Shown here: positions 50,131-59,648 of the stretch, one piece after another
Position numbering within the stretch: position 1 is the stretch's first letter
Layout of the letters: every line of letters begins with the position of its first letter
Assembly: GCA_963675755.2 (NCBI GenBank)
Contig: CAXXMD010000002.1
Span: forward strand, 544,001-608,000
Reading direction: 5' to 3'
DNA from: a bacterium
GTDB taxonomy: Bacteria > Zhuqueibacterota > Zhuqueibacteria > Residuimicrobiales > Krinioviventaceae
DNA length: 64,000 nt
Made by a program: the position numbers and the translations under genes
The notes under the pieces: generated by a model
Database searches by the model: none
Seen by the model: only the letters and a program-made list of their open reading frames with translations
What the model was told of the DNA's origin: nothing

Positions 50131-50370
50131 ATGAATTGTGATGATATTTTAAATCGAATTTGTGATGACTTGTCAGAAGATATTAACTCTCAGGTTTGCA
50201 AAGATATTAAAAATCATTTAGAGTCGTGTGAAAATTGCAGTGCACAGATTAATTCAATGAAAAATGCAGTAAATTTATACAAATGCCTTGAAGAAAAAAA
50301 GGTACCAATTGTTGTGCATGAACGACTTTTGAAAATGTTGAATTTAGAGAATTTACCACCTGCTAAATAA
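50131..50370 (+). CDS. Small zinc-finger (zf-HC2) anti-sigma-like protein
   Basis: MNC...HLESCENC (HxxxCxxC); GGAG RBS. Confidence 0.8.
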   Translation: MNCDDILNRICDDLSEDINSQVCKDIKNHLESCENCSAQINSMKNAVNLYKCLEEKKVPIVVHERLLKMLNLENLPPAK

Positions 50371-50371
50371 C

Positions 50372-51316
50372 CTATATATTTAGCAGTATTGTTATTAATG
50401 ATATGATTAATAACAATACTAAAATTGCAAATCCTCTTCCCCTGAATAATCTATTAATAATTCTATTCCTGGTATTGTTAACTGCTTTTCGCAATGGCAG
50501 CCAGAAATTTCTGTCCATAAATAGAAAAAAGGATTTTATTAATTCCTGCCCTGTATAAATCCATTGTTGTAAAAAATATTGTTGAGTATCCTGACTTTTT
50601 TGGTATTGCTGTTTAATCTCTGCTGGCATTACTTTTTGCTCTTCAACTTGCAAATTTAGCTCCAACTGATCCGGATCTAATCTGTAATAGGGGATATACA
50701 TTTTTTTTGTTGCTTTGCCCTTTTCATAGACAGAACCCGGTTTTATCCCTTTGTGGAATTTACCTTTTGCGTAAATTAATGAAATAATATCATTTAAATA
50801 AGCCGTCATGGTGGGATTGTGTTTATCAATCATTTCATTAATGAAATGTTGTTGTTGATTAAGTTGATCGATTAAAACATTTTTCTCTTTACTAAATGTA
50901 TCAAATATCCTAACAAGTTTGTTAATTGCTTTAAATAATTGATCATCAAAATCTGTAAATGAACCATCTTGTAAAAGAAAGGGGATTGATTTGAGTTCAA
51001 TATTAAAATTATAGTTTGTTGATTTATTATCATTGGTATCAAATACTTTTGAATTAATTATAAAAGATAATTTTAAACCAATATGCTCTTCAAAAGTATT
51101 AATATTTAAGCTTGTGTTTAAAAATCGTATGCTTTTATTTGCCAAATCACTATTGGTAGAATTAATATGCTGTTGAATTTTTGATGAAAGCATATAATCC
51201 TGCTTGAAATCTATTTTTATATTTTTATTGGGAAAATCATCCAGTGGTTTTTTATGTTTTCCAATGGATTTTAATTGTTCGTATTGCTCAATTTTGAATC
51301 GATTCACCTTGCTCAT
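50372..51316 (-). CDS. Hypothetical protein with a C-terminal membrane anchor
   Basis: Long ORF; likely start MSKVNRF after ACAGGA; ends GFAILVLLLIISLITILLNI. Confidence 0.65.
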   Translation of the reverse strand: MSKVNRFKIEQYEQLKSIGKHKKPLDDFPNKNIKIDFKQDYMLSSKIQQHINSTNSDLANKSIRFLNTSLNINTFEEHIGLKLSFIINSKVFDTNDNKSTNYNFNIELKSIPFLLQDGSFTDFDDQLFKAINKLVRIFDTFSKEKNVLIDQLNQQQHFINEMIDKHNPTMTAYLNDIISLIYAKGKFHKGIKPGSVYEKGKATKKMYIPYYRLDPDQLELNLQVEEQKVMPAEIKQQYQKSQDTQQYFLQQWIYTGQELIKSFFLFMDRNFWLPLRKAVNNTRNRIINRLFRGRGFAILVLLLIISLITILLNI

Positions 51317-51454
51317 AGATTTTCCTGTTAAAAAATTATAAAAAGAAGTAAAATATAGATCATTTATCATTGCAAATTTCATCCCAAATACGTATAATTC
51401 TAAATAAAAAAACATGTATTTTCAATTCCAATCAAGTTAGATTTGGGTGATGAA

Positions 51455-52624
51455 ATGGCGGATAATGAATTCAAGATTGTAGAATTTTCCAATCAAACCA
51501 AAAATGATAGACAATTATTGAAACAGTTTGTTGATTTTCATTGGTCACATTATGAAAATGATCCTCAATATGTACCTTTATTGGATTATGAATATTTGGG
51601 TTTTCGTTTAATTGGCATGACAGGTTTTTTTGAACCCCGCAATTTATTTTTTAAACATGCGGAAATGCGTTTTTTCCTGGCTCAACGAAACGGAGAAACT
51701 GTTGGCCGATGTAACGCTTTTGTGAATCATAGCTATAATGAACATTGGAATGAAAAGACAGGATTTTGGGGACAATTTGAATCAATTGATGATCTTGATG
51801 TTGCACGTGCATTAACAGATGCTGCTGCAAACTGGCTCGCAAAGCAGGGAATGGATACGATGCGAGGACCTCAAAATCTACCCATTAATGAAGCTACTCC
51901 TGGTTTGTTAACTGAGGGCTTTGACACCAGACCTGTGATTTATTATCAATATAATAAACCTTATTATCAAAGTTTAATAGAGCAGCTTGACTTTAAACCC
52001 GCAAAGAAATTTTTATCATGGGAAGCACCAGTAAATCAGGGTGAAAAACCAAAGCTTGAACGCGTTACTGAAAAGATAATGAAACGTTTTGATATTAAAG
52101 TTGAAACCTGGGATCAACGTCCGTTTAAAACCCGTCGTCAAGAGATGTTTGAAATTTATAATGACGCATGGAGTGATAATTATAATTTTGTACCTTTTAC
52201 GCAGGAAGAGTTTTTTTCCATAGTTAGTGATATGATGCTGGTAATGGATAAAAAATTATTTTTATTTATTTATGTAAATGATGAACCCGCAGCATTTTTT
52301 GGTGGCGTGCCTAATATTAATGAAGTTATAAAACCCATTCGCGAAATTAAAAGATGGGAATTGATACGTGCTATCAAGATGTTATTAACCAAACAAAGTG
52401 TTAAAGGATTTAGATTAGGGTATTTGGGAGTAAAAAAGAAATTCAGAAGAATGGGGCTCGATGGTTTGATGTTGTGGAAACAACACGCATATTCCAAACA
52501 AGCTGGCTATGAATATTCTGATTTAGGTTGGGTTTTGGAGGATAATGTAATGGTACATCGATTGATCGATTTAATTATTGCAAAACCTTCAAAAGTTTAT
52601 ACGATTTATGAAAAGCAAATTTGA
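51455..52624 (+). CDS. Tandem-GNAT fold protein (YghO-like)
   Basis: FFLA...VGRC.A, GFWGQFES.DD, MRGP, YNKPYY, LGVKKKFRRMGL, GWVLEDN. Confidence 0.8.
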   Translation: MADNEFKIVEFSNQTKNDRQLLKQFVDFHWSHYENDPQYVPLLDYEYLGFRLIGMTGFFEPRNLFFKHAEMRFFLAQRNGETVGRCNAFVNHSYNEHWNEKTGFWGQFESIDDLDVARALTDAAANWLAKQGMDTMRGPQNLPINEATPGLLTEGFDTRPVIYYQYNKPYYQSLIEQLDFKPAKKFLSWEAPVNQGEKPKLERVTEKIMKRFDIKVETWDQRPFKTRRQEMFEIYNDAWSDNYNFVPFTQEEFFSIVSDMMLVMDKKLFLFIYVNDEPAAFFGGVPNINEVIKPIREIKRWELIRAIKMLLTKQSVKGFRLGYLGVKKKFRRMGLDGLMLWKQHAYSKQAGYEYSDLGWVLEDNVMVHRLIDLIIAKPSKVYTIYEKQI

Positions 52625-52644
52625 AAAATAGTATAGGAGTTGAT

Positions 52645-53598
52645 ATGTCTCAAGTGAATCGTCGTGATTTTATTAAAAAAAGTAGTATTGTTGCTGGAAC
52701 TGCAGCAATGGGAGGATTGATTCAAGCTTGTTCCAAATCTGAAAAACCTGTTGCAAGTTGGAATGGTTTTAAACATGCAATGTGTAACGAAAGTATGCAG
52801 GATTTGAGTTGGTCTGAACAGTGTAGTATTGTTGCAAATGCCGGATACCAGGGAATTGAGATTGCTCCATTTACCTTGGTTCAAAATGGAGTAAGCGATA
52901 TTGATGAAAACGGTCGCAAAGAAATGAAAAAAGTGATGAATGATTTGGGATTAGAATGTGCTGGTTTGCATTGGTTATTGGCTCCACCTCCCAAAGGATT
53001 GCATTTTACAACTCCCGATGCTAAACTTCGTGCAAAAACTGTAGATTATTTAAATCAGTTGATTGATTTTTGTGGCGATTTAGGCGGTACAGCTATGATT
53101 TTTGGTTCGCCAAAGCAACGTAACACTCTGGGAATTTCTATAGACGAAGCTAAAAAATATTTTACTGAAAATTTAGCTTCTGTTGCTGATCATGCTCAGG
53201 CACGTGGTGTTAAGATTTTGATTGAACCACTGGATACAAGCCAAACAGATGTTATCAATGTAACTGCAGAAGCTGTTGAAATTATCAACAAAATCAATCA
53301 TCCAGCAATTCAAACCATGTTTGATTTTCATAATACTCCTAATGAAACAGAACCGTTTGATGTAATTGTTGAAAAAAATTATCAATACATAAAACATGTT
53401 CATGTTCAGGAAATGGATGGTAAATATCTGGGTACTGGTGATTCGGTTGATACATTTGTCAAAGCATTCCAGGTACTGAAAAACAAAAATTATGACAAGT
53501 GGGTGTCACTGGAAGTTTTTGATTTTACACCAGGCGGAAAAACTATAGCCGAAAGCTCTATTAAGGTTTTGAAAGAGATAGAATCTAAACTTGTATAA
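52645..53598 (+). CDS. Tat-exported sugar phosphate isomerase/epimerase (D-tagatose/psicose 3-epimerase-like TIM barrel)
   Basis: NRRDFIK Tat signal, IQAC possible lipobox; metal ligands IEPL, FDFH, HVH, SLE; start moved to ATG 52645 after AGGAG. Confidence 0.88.
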   Translation: MSQVNRRDFIKKSSIVAGTAAMGGLIQACSKSEKPVASWNGFKHAMCNESMQDLSWSEQCSIVANAGYQGIEIAPFTLVQNGVSDIDENGRKEMKKVMNDLGLECAGLHWLLAPPPKGLHFTTPDAKLRAKTVDYLNQLIDFCGDLGGTAMIFGSPKQRNTLGISIDEAKKYFTENLASVADHAQARGVKILIEPLDTSQTDVINVTAEAVEIINKINHPAIQTMFDFHNTPNETEPFDVIVEKNYQYIKHVHVQEMDGKYLGTGDSVDTFVKAFQVLKNKNYDKWVSLEVFDFTPGGKTIAESSIKVLKEIESKLV

Positions 53599-53604
53599 GT
53601 TGTA

Positions 53605-53637
53605 ATAAAAGGCGTTGATATCATCAACGCCTTTTAT
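53605..53637 (+). terminator. Intrinsic terminator upstream of the topoisomerase IB gene
   Basis: ATAAAAGGCGTTGAT-atc-ATCAACGCCTTTTAT perfect 15-bp inverted repeat. Confidence 0.82.
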
Positions 53638-53729
53638 AATTTAAAAAAAATGTTGCATAATTCATAAAAAATGATTTATTCATTCATGTTTTCACTACAT
53701 GAATTTATTCGAAAGGAAATAAGCAGGTT

Positions 53730-55478
53730 TTGTTAACTAAACTTATCCATAATGGAATTATCGTTCCGGATCCCCCAAAATATCATGGTGTAACCTTAAA
53801 AGTCAAAGATCAACAAATTAAACTTTCCCCAAAACAGGAAGAAATGGCCTATGCCTGGGCAAAAAAACAAGGTACACCTTATGTAGAAGATCTTGTATTT
53901 GTTAAGAATTTTCTCAAGGATTTTAGCCTTGCCCTTGGTTTTAAAAAAGCCCTTAAACTTGATGAAATAGATTTCACTCCCGTTTATAAGATTGTTGATA
54001 AAGAACGTGCCGCTCGTGAAGCCATGAGCAAGGAAGATAAAAAACTCCTTGCAGCGAAACGCAAAGAGATTCGTGAAGAGTTGAAAGAGAAATATGGTTT
54101 TGCTTCAACTGGCGATGAGAGAATAGAACTTGCGAATTATTTAACAGAACCCAGTGGTATTTTTATGGGTAGGGGTAAACATCCATTACGTGGACGTTGG
54201 AAAGAAGGTGCCTCCCAAAAAGATGTTACCTTGAATCTTAGCCCCGATGCACCTGTGCCTCCCGGAGATTGGAAGGAAATTGTTTGGCAACCTGACTCTT
54301 TATGGGTTGCAAGATGGGATGACAAGTTGTCAGGTAAATTAAAATATATCTGGCTGCACGATACTGCTCCTATCAAGCAGGCACGTGAAGCAAAGAAATT
54401 TGATAAAGCACTCGAATTAAATTCAAGAATTGAAAAAGTTAGAAAATCAATTGAAAAAGATTTGCAAAGTGAAGAGTTCAAAATCCGCAAAGTTGCTACC
54501 GCATGTTTTTTGATTGACGCGTTATGTCTTCGTGTTGGTGATGAAAAGGATCCTGAAGAAGCGGATACCGTTGGTGCAACCACATTACGTCCCGAACATA
54601 TAAAATTTCTCAAAGATGGCCGTGTAGAATTTAGATTCTTGGGAAAGGACTCTGTACTTTGGGATAAAAAGATAGAACTACCGGATTTTGTTAAAGATAA
54701 TTTAACAGAGTTGTCTGAAAAAGCAAGGCCCTCAACCAACAGCTTTGGTAAAGTAAAACATGAAGCTTATAATAAACCACAATTATTTCCTGACATTACC
54801 AGCCGTAATGTTAATGCGTATTTATCGCATCATATGAAAGGTTTAACTGCCAAGGTTTTTCGTACTCACCATGCTACCAATGTTGTAAAAACTTCATTAG
54901 AAAATTCCAATGTAGTTAAAACTGATCCTGAATATGTTAAATGGGAAGCAACTGTAAACGCAAACCTTGAAGCTGCAATTTTATGTAATCATACAAAGCA
55001 GCCACCCAAAAATTGGGCAGAGCGTAAAGTAAAATTTAGAGAACGCGAAAAAAGTGCCAAGGAAAGAATTGAAAATATAAAAACTTTGCTCAAAACGCTC
55101 AAGCAAGAAGTTAAAGATCTTAAAGTAGAATATAAAGAAAAGAAAGAGGCTGCACCTAATAAAGCCCAACGAAAAAAGATAAAAGAACGATACGATAAAA
55201 AAATTCAGGCTAAAAAGAGTAGACTGGAAGCTACCATTCAACGTGAAGAAAAAGCACAAATTGCATTAGGTAAATTACGTGCACAAAAAGCTATTGCTTC
55301 TCAAAACAGAACCTGGAACTTGGGTACAAGCCAAAAATCATATATTGATCCTAGAGTATTTCACGAATGGGGAAAATCAGTTAATTACGATGTTATAGAT
55401 AAATACTATTCAGCAACACTTAAACGCAAGTTTATGTGGGTCAAAGAGCAGGATAATGATGAAAATGAAACTGCTTGA
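53730..55478 (+). CDS. DNA topoisomerase IB, long archaeal/eukaryotic type
   Basis: LIHNGI.VP N-terminal domain, EPSGIFMGRGKHP, LRVGDEKD, FLGKDS, AKVFRT, AILCNH, coiled-coil linker, LGTSQKSYIDPR. Confidence 0.95.
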   Translation: MLTKLIHNGIIVPDPPKYHGVTLKVKDQQIKLSPKQEEMAYAWAKKQGTPYVEDLVFVKNFLKDFSLALGFKKALKLDEIDFTPVYKIVDKERAAREAMSKEDKKLLAAKRKEIREELKEKYGFASTGDERIELANYLTEPSGIFMGRGKHPLRGRWKEGASQKDVTLNLSPDAPVPPGDWKEIVWQPDSLWVARWDDKLSGKLKYIWLHDTAPIKQAREAKKFDKALELNSRIEKVRKSIEKDLQSEEFKIRKVATACFLIDALCLRVGDEKDPEEADTVGATTLRPEHIKFLKDGRVEFRFLGKDSVLWDKKIELPDFVKDNLTELSEKARPSTNSFGKVKHEAYNKPQLFPDITSRNVNAYLSHHMKGLTAKVFRTHHATNVVKTSLENSNVVKTDPEYVKWEATVNANLEAAILCNHTKQPPKNWAERKVKFREREKSAKERIENIKTLLKTLKQEVKDLKVEYKEKKEAAPNKAQRKKIKERYDKKIQAKKSRLEATIQREEKAQIALGKLRAQKAIASQNRTWNLGTSQKSYIDPRVFHEWGKSVNYDVIDKYYSATLKRKFMWVKEQDNDENETA

Positions 55479-55574
55479 TTAATTAATAATTTTATTGTAA
55501 TTTTTTACATCTTTAAATTTATCCATGTAAACTTTTGGAGCAATTAAGATTCATCATTTTAACTTAACCTATGG

Positions 55575-56291
55575 ATGGAATCCATGCCTGATGAAAGAGT
55601 TTTACGTTTATTAAAATTTGTTCCTCTTTTTTCCAAATTGAGTGAAGCAGAATTAATACAAATTTCAGATCAATGTGTAAAAAAAGAGTGTCAAAAAGAC
55701 CAGGTTCTATTTGTTGAAGAAGAATCCGGTCAGACATTATTTATTATTCTCAAAGGAACAGTAAAGATTACCCGTACAAGTGATGAAGGCAAAGAGGTAA
55801 TTTTAACAATTTTAAAATCAGGCGATTTTTTTGGTGAATTGTCTTTACTTGACGGTAAAGGTCGTTCAGCCACCGTAATTGCAATGGCAGAGACGGAACT
55901 CTTGTTGCTTCGAAGAAGCGAATTTTTATTAATTATTGAAAAATTTCCCCACATTGCTTCTGAATTGCTCAAAGTGCTTGCTGACAGAATAAGAAAATGT
56001 GATGTTCAGATTGAAAATCTCACACTTCAAGATGCTGTAGGTAGAGTAGGGGCTACATTAATTCACGTAGCAGAACAGACAGGCTACAAGCGTGGTAAAA
56101 GTATGGTAATTCCTAAACTACCTGTTCAGCAAGACCTGGCAAATATGGCAGGCACTGCTCGGGAAACCATTTCAAGAGTTATGGCTCTTTTCGAACAAGA
56201 AGAACTGTTTGTGAGAGAAGGAGGCCACCGTGTAGTTTTTCCGGATTTTGAAAGGTTTAAATCCGATTATTGGTCTGCAAGTAAAGATTGA
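55575..56291 (+). CDS. Crp/Fnr family transcriptional regulator with an intact cNMP-binding cassette
   Basis: VPLFSKL, FFGELSLLDGKGRSAT, HTH QQDLANMAGTARETISR. Confidence 0.93.
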   Translation: MESMPDERVLRLLKFVPLFSKLSEAELIQISDQCVKKECQKDQVLFVEEESGQTLFIILKGTVKITRTSDEGKEVILTILKSGDFFGELSLLDGKGRSATVIAMAETELLLLRRSEFLLIIEKFPHIASELLKVLADRIRKCDVQIENLTLQDAVGRVGATLIHVAEQTGYKRGKSMVIPKLPVQQDLANMAGTARETISRVMALFEQEELFVREGGHRVVFPDFERFKSDYWSASKD

Positions 56292-56300
56292 TTATTTGTA

Positions 56301-56810
56301 ATGCAAAATTTAGAAATTAAAGCAAAATTCTCTGATCTTAAATATGCTGAACAAATAGCAATACAAATACATGCTGTCAAAAAGTGGACAAGAAAACAAA
56401 AAGATATTTATTTTATTACACCTAAAGATAAATTAAAGCTCAGAATAGTTGATGATGCTGTATGTGATTTGATTTATTATAACAGACCTGAAAATAAAAA
56501 AGCAGAAATTAGTAATTATAAAATATATAAAACACAAAAACCACAAGAGCTGCTTGAAATCCTGACTGATATTTTTTCAATTGATATTATTGTCGAAAAA
56601 ACAAGAACATTATATCTTTATGAAAATGTTCGTATCCATCTTGATTCTGTTAATCAACTTGGTTCTTTTATTGAATTTGAAGCTGTTTTAGATGATAAAA
56701 ATGATTTAAATGTTTCTGTTGATCATTTGGATTTTTTAAGTAAAAAATTTAACATTAGTGATAATCAATTAGTAGATACTGGTTATTTTGAATTATTAAA
56801 AAACAAATAA
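56301..56810 (+). CDS. CYTH-domain protein (class IV adenylate cyclase CyaB-like)
   Basis: NLEIKAK, QKDIYF, KLKLR, VEKTRTLY, RIHLD.V.QLGSFIEFE. Confidence 0.87.
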   Translation: MQNLEIKAKFSDLKYAEQIAIQIHAVKKWTRKQKDIYFITPKDKLKLRIVDDAVCDLIYYNRPENKKAEISNYKIYKTQKPQELLEILTDIFSIDIIVEKTRTLYLYENVRIHLDSVNQLGSFIEFEAVLDDKNDLNVSVDHLDFLSKKFNISDNQLVDTGYFELLKNK

Positions 56811-56825
56811 TATTTTGGAGCGAGT

Positions 56826-57773
56826 GTGTACGGTAATTTAAAGGTATTTTCTGGTAACAGTAATCCTCAATTAGCAAAAGATATTTGTGAAAATATCGGA
56901 ATTGAACTTGGTAAAATCAGAATTCACAAATTCAGTAATGAAAATATTAAAGTGAAAATTGAAGAAAACGTTAGGAATGATGACGTATATGTATTGCAGA
57001 GTGCATCAAAGCCTTTAAACGAACACTTTATGGAATTGTTGATCATTCTTGATGCATTAAAATATGCTTCTGCCAGAAGAATCACAGTTGTAACTCCATA
57101 TTATTTTTATGCACGCTCTGATAAAAAGGATGAGCCCAGAATTTCAATTACTGCCAGATTGGTTGCAGAGTTACTTAAAGCAGCTGGTGCTGATAGAATT
57201 ATTACAATGGAATTGCATGCACCTCAAATTATGGGTTTTTCACGTATACCAATGGATCAGCTTTTGCCAACCCAAATTTTACTGAATCATTACCGTCAAA
57301 AAGATCTTTCAAATGCTGTAATTGCTGCTACTGATGTGGGTGGTGCTAAAGCTGCCAGAAAATTTGCCAGACAACTTGGTCTGCCAATGGTAGTAATGGA
57401 TAAAGAGAGGATAGGGGATAAAGAAAAAGTAATCATTAATAATATTATTGGTGATGCACAAAACAAGGATGTTTTGATTATTGATGATGAGATCCTGTCT
57501 GGTGGTTCAGTGCTCGAAGCAGTCAAGTTTTTAAAAGAACATGGAGCGAACCGTATTTGGGCTGGTTGTACTCACGGTTTTATGACATCAGAAGTTTTAG
57601 ATAAATTTCAGGAATCAGAGGTTGAAGAGTTGGTAACGACCAATACTGTACCCCAACTGCTTTCTGAAAAACATACAAAAGTTAAAGTATTATCTGTTGC
57701 AGAATTATTTGCAAAGGCAATCACTGCAATACATGTTGGAGATTCTGTTGGTGCGTTGTTTAGTGACTCGTGA
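56826..57773 (+). CDS. prs: Ribose-phosphate pyrophosphokinase (divergent)
   Basis: VFSGNSNPQLA, FSNEN, MELLI, YARSDKK, LHAPQI, IDDEILSGGS; GTG start. Confidence 0.92.
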   Translation: MYGNLKVFSGNSNPQLAKDICENIGIELGKIRIHKFSNENIKVKIEENVRNDDVYVLQSASKPLNEHFMELLIILDALKYASARRITVVTPYYFYARSDKKDEPRISITARLVAELLKAAGADRIITMELHAPQIMGFSRIPMDQLLPTQILLNHYRQKDLSNAVIAATDVGGAKAARKFARQLGLPMVVMDKERIGDKEKVIINNIIGDAQNKDVLIIDDEILSGGSVLEAVKFLKEHGANRIWAGCTHGFMTSEVLDKFQESEVEELVTTNTVPQLLSEKHTKVKVLSVAELFAKAITAIHVGDSVGALFSDS

Positions 57774-58411
57774 GAATGTTAATGAATAATAACTATGATA
57801 TTGTATTTTTTGACCTGGGAAATGTACTTGTTAATGTAAATATTGAAATGTTTTTTGCAAACCTTGCAATAATAACCGGTAGTTGCATGATGGATGTGTA
57901 TTCTGTAGCAGATTCACATGCCGATACTATAGAGCAATTTAACAAGGGCTTAATCTCTGCTGACCAATTTTATGAAAAAGTAACATCAAGTTATAATAAC
58001 ATTACTTTTGAACAATTCTCTGATGCATATACTGATATATTTACATTAAATGCACCCATTGTTCCTTTGGTTAATTTATTGCAAAAGTCTGAAAAATTGT
58101 CTATTATAAGCAATACAGATATATTGCATTTTGAATATATCAAAAAGAAATTCAACTTAATCAATGATTTTGAAAATCCAGTTACTTCATACGAGGTTCA
58201 TTCTTTAAAACCAGAGCCTGAAATTTATTTAAATGCAATGAACCAATTTAAAGTACAACCCAATCATTGTATTTTTATTGACGACAAGAAAGAAAATATA
58301 ACTGCTGCCAATGATCTGGGTATGACAGGAATACATTTTACCAATGTAAACAGACTTGTTGACACATTAATTAATTTAGGATTTACAAACTTGAAAACCC
58401 TGGAGGTTTAA
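57770..58411 (+). CDS. HAD-family phosphatase (YihX-like)
   Basis: FFDLGNVL, ISNT, KPEPEIY, FIDD. Confidence 0.9.
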   Translation: MRMLMNNNYDIVFFDLGNVLVNVNIEMFFANLAIITGSCMMDVYSVADSHADTIEQFNKGLISADQFYEKVTSSYNNITFEQFSDAYTDIFTLNAPIVPLVNLLQKSEKLSIISNTDILHFEYIKKKFNLINDFENPVTSYEVHSLKPEPEIYLNAMNQFKVQPNHCIFIDDKKENITAANDLGMTGIHFTNVNRLVDTLINLGFTNLKTLEV

Positions 58412-59638
58412 ATGTCAGTATTGGCAATAAATGGTGGAACACCTGTAAGAACAGATTCATTTCCTGTTTGGCCGGTTTGGGGTGAAGAAGAAATTAATAA
58501 TGTTACCAATGTTATAAAAAGCGGAAAATGGGGTTGTTTAAATGGAACAATCACATCTGAATTTGAAAAAAAATATGCATCCTATATGAATGCCAAACAT
58601 GGAATTTGTGTAAACAGTGGGACTACTGCTTTACAAATAGCACTCAAAGCTGCTGATGTTGATGCAGGATCAGAAGTTATGGTCCCAGCTTATACTTTTA
58701 TTGCAACTGCAACTGCAGTTGTAGAGATGGGTTGTATTCCCATATTTGTTGATATTGATCCTGAAACTTATAATATTGATGTTGATAAAGCTGAACAAGC
58801 TATTACTGATAAAACCGCAGCTATAATGCCCGTCCATTTTGCAGGCTGTCCTGCAGATATGGATAAAGTTATGGCGCTTGCCCAGAAACATAACTTGAAA
58901 GTAATTGAGGATGCAGCACAGGCATGGGGCTCCGAATGGAAAGGTCAACGTGTAGGTGCATTAGGAGATGCAGGTTGTTTCAGTTTCCAATCCTCAAAAA
59001 ATATTAATTCCGGTGAAGGTGGAATAATATTAACTAACGATGATGAAGTTGCTAAAATGGCAAGATCGCATATCAATTGTGGTAGAAGTGAAGATGGTCT
59101 TTGGTATGAGCATTTTTATTTCGGTGGTAATTACCGAATTACCGATCTCCAGTCTGCTGTATTGATGGCACAATTCGAGCGATATGATGAACTCATGGCA
59201 ATTCGTAAAGAAAATTTTCAATATCTCTCAGATGCATTAAAGGATATTGAAGGTATTGAACCTTTAACAATTGATGAACGGGTTACATCAAATTCTTGTC
59301 ATTTGTTTATTTTTAAATATAAAAAAGAGCATTTTAATAACGTATCCAAATCATCTTTTATTGATGCTTTACGTAAAGAAGGAATCTATACAAGCCCTGG
59401 TTATTCATTGCCTTTGTATAAACAACCTGTATTTATGAATAAAGCATTTGGGCCCAGAGGAAAATCAATTGATTTACCAGTTGATTACAACTCTTTTTCA
59501 TGTCCTGAAACAGAAAAAGCCTGTTATGAGGAAGCTATTTGGTTCACTCAAAATATGTTTTTAGGTGATCAAAATGATATGGATGATATTGTTGATGCAA
59601 TATTAAAAATTTCTGAGAATAAATCTGAACTGAGTTGA
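58412..59638 (+). CDS. DegT/DnrJ/EryC1/StrS PLP aminotransferase (RifK/BtrR-like)
   Basis: LAINGGTPVR...WP, NSGTTAL, PVHFAG, IEDAAQA, FSFQSSKNINSGEGG. Confidence 0.92.
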   Translation: MSVLAINGGTPVRTDSFPVWPVWGEEEINNVTNVIKSGKWGCLNGTITSEFEKKYASYMNAKHGICVNSGTTALQIALKAADVDAGSEVMVPAYTFIATATAVVEMGCIPIFVDIDPETYNIDVDKAEQAITDKTAAIMPVHFAGCPADMDKVMALAQKHNLKVIEDAAQAWGSEWKGQRVGALGDAGCFSFQSSKNINSGEGGIILTNDDEVAKMARSHINCGRSEDGLWYEHFYFGGNYRITDLQSAVLMAQFERYDELMAIRKENFQYLSDALKDIEGIEPLTIDERVTSNSCHLFIFKYKKEHFNNVSKSSFIDALRKEGIYTSPGYSLPLYKQPVFMNKAFGPRGKSIDLPVDYNSFSCPETEKACYEEAIWFTQNMFLGDQNDMDDIVDAILKISENKSELS

Positions 59639-59648
59639 GGGGGTATTT

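Noticed and set aside
54137-54739. 200-aa minus-strand ORF inside the TopIB gene
   Set aside because: Antisense shadow with Ser/Phe-rich composition mirroring the sense codons; the same applies to the many other short nested ORFs in the track
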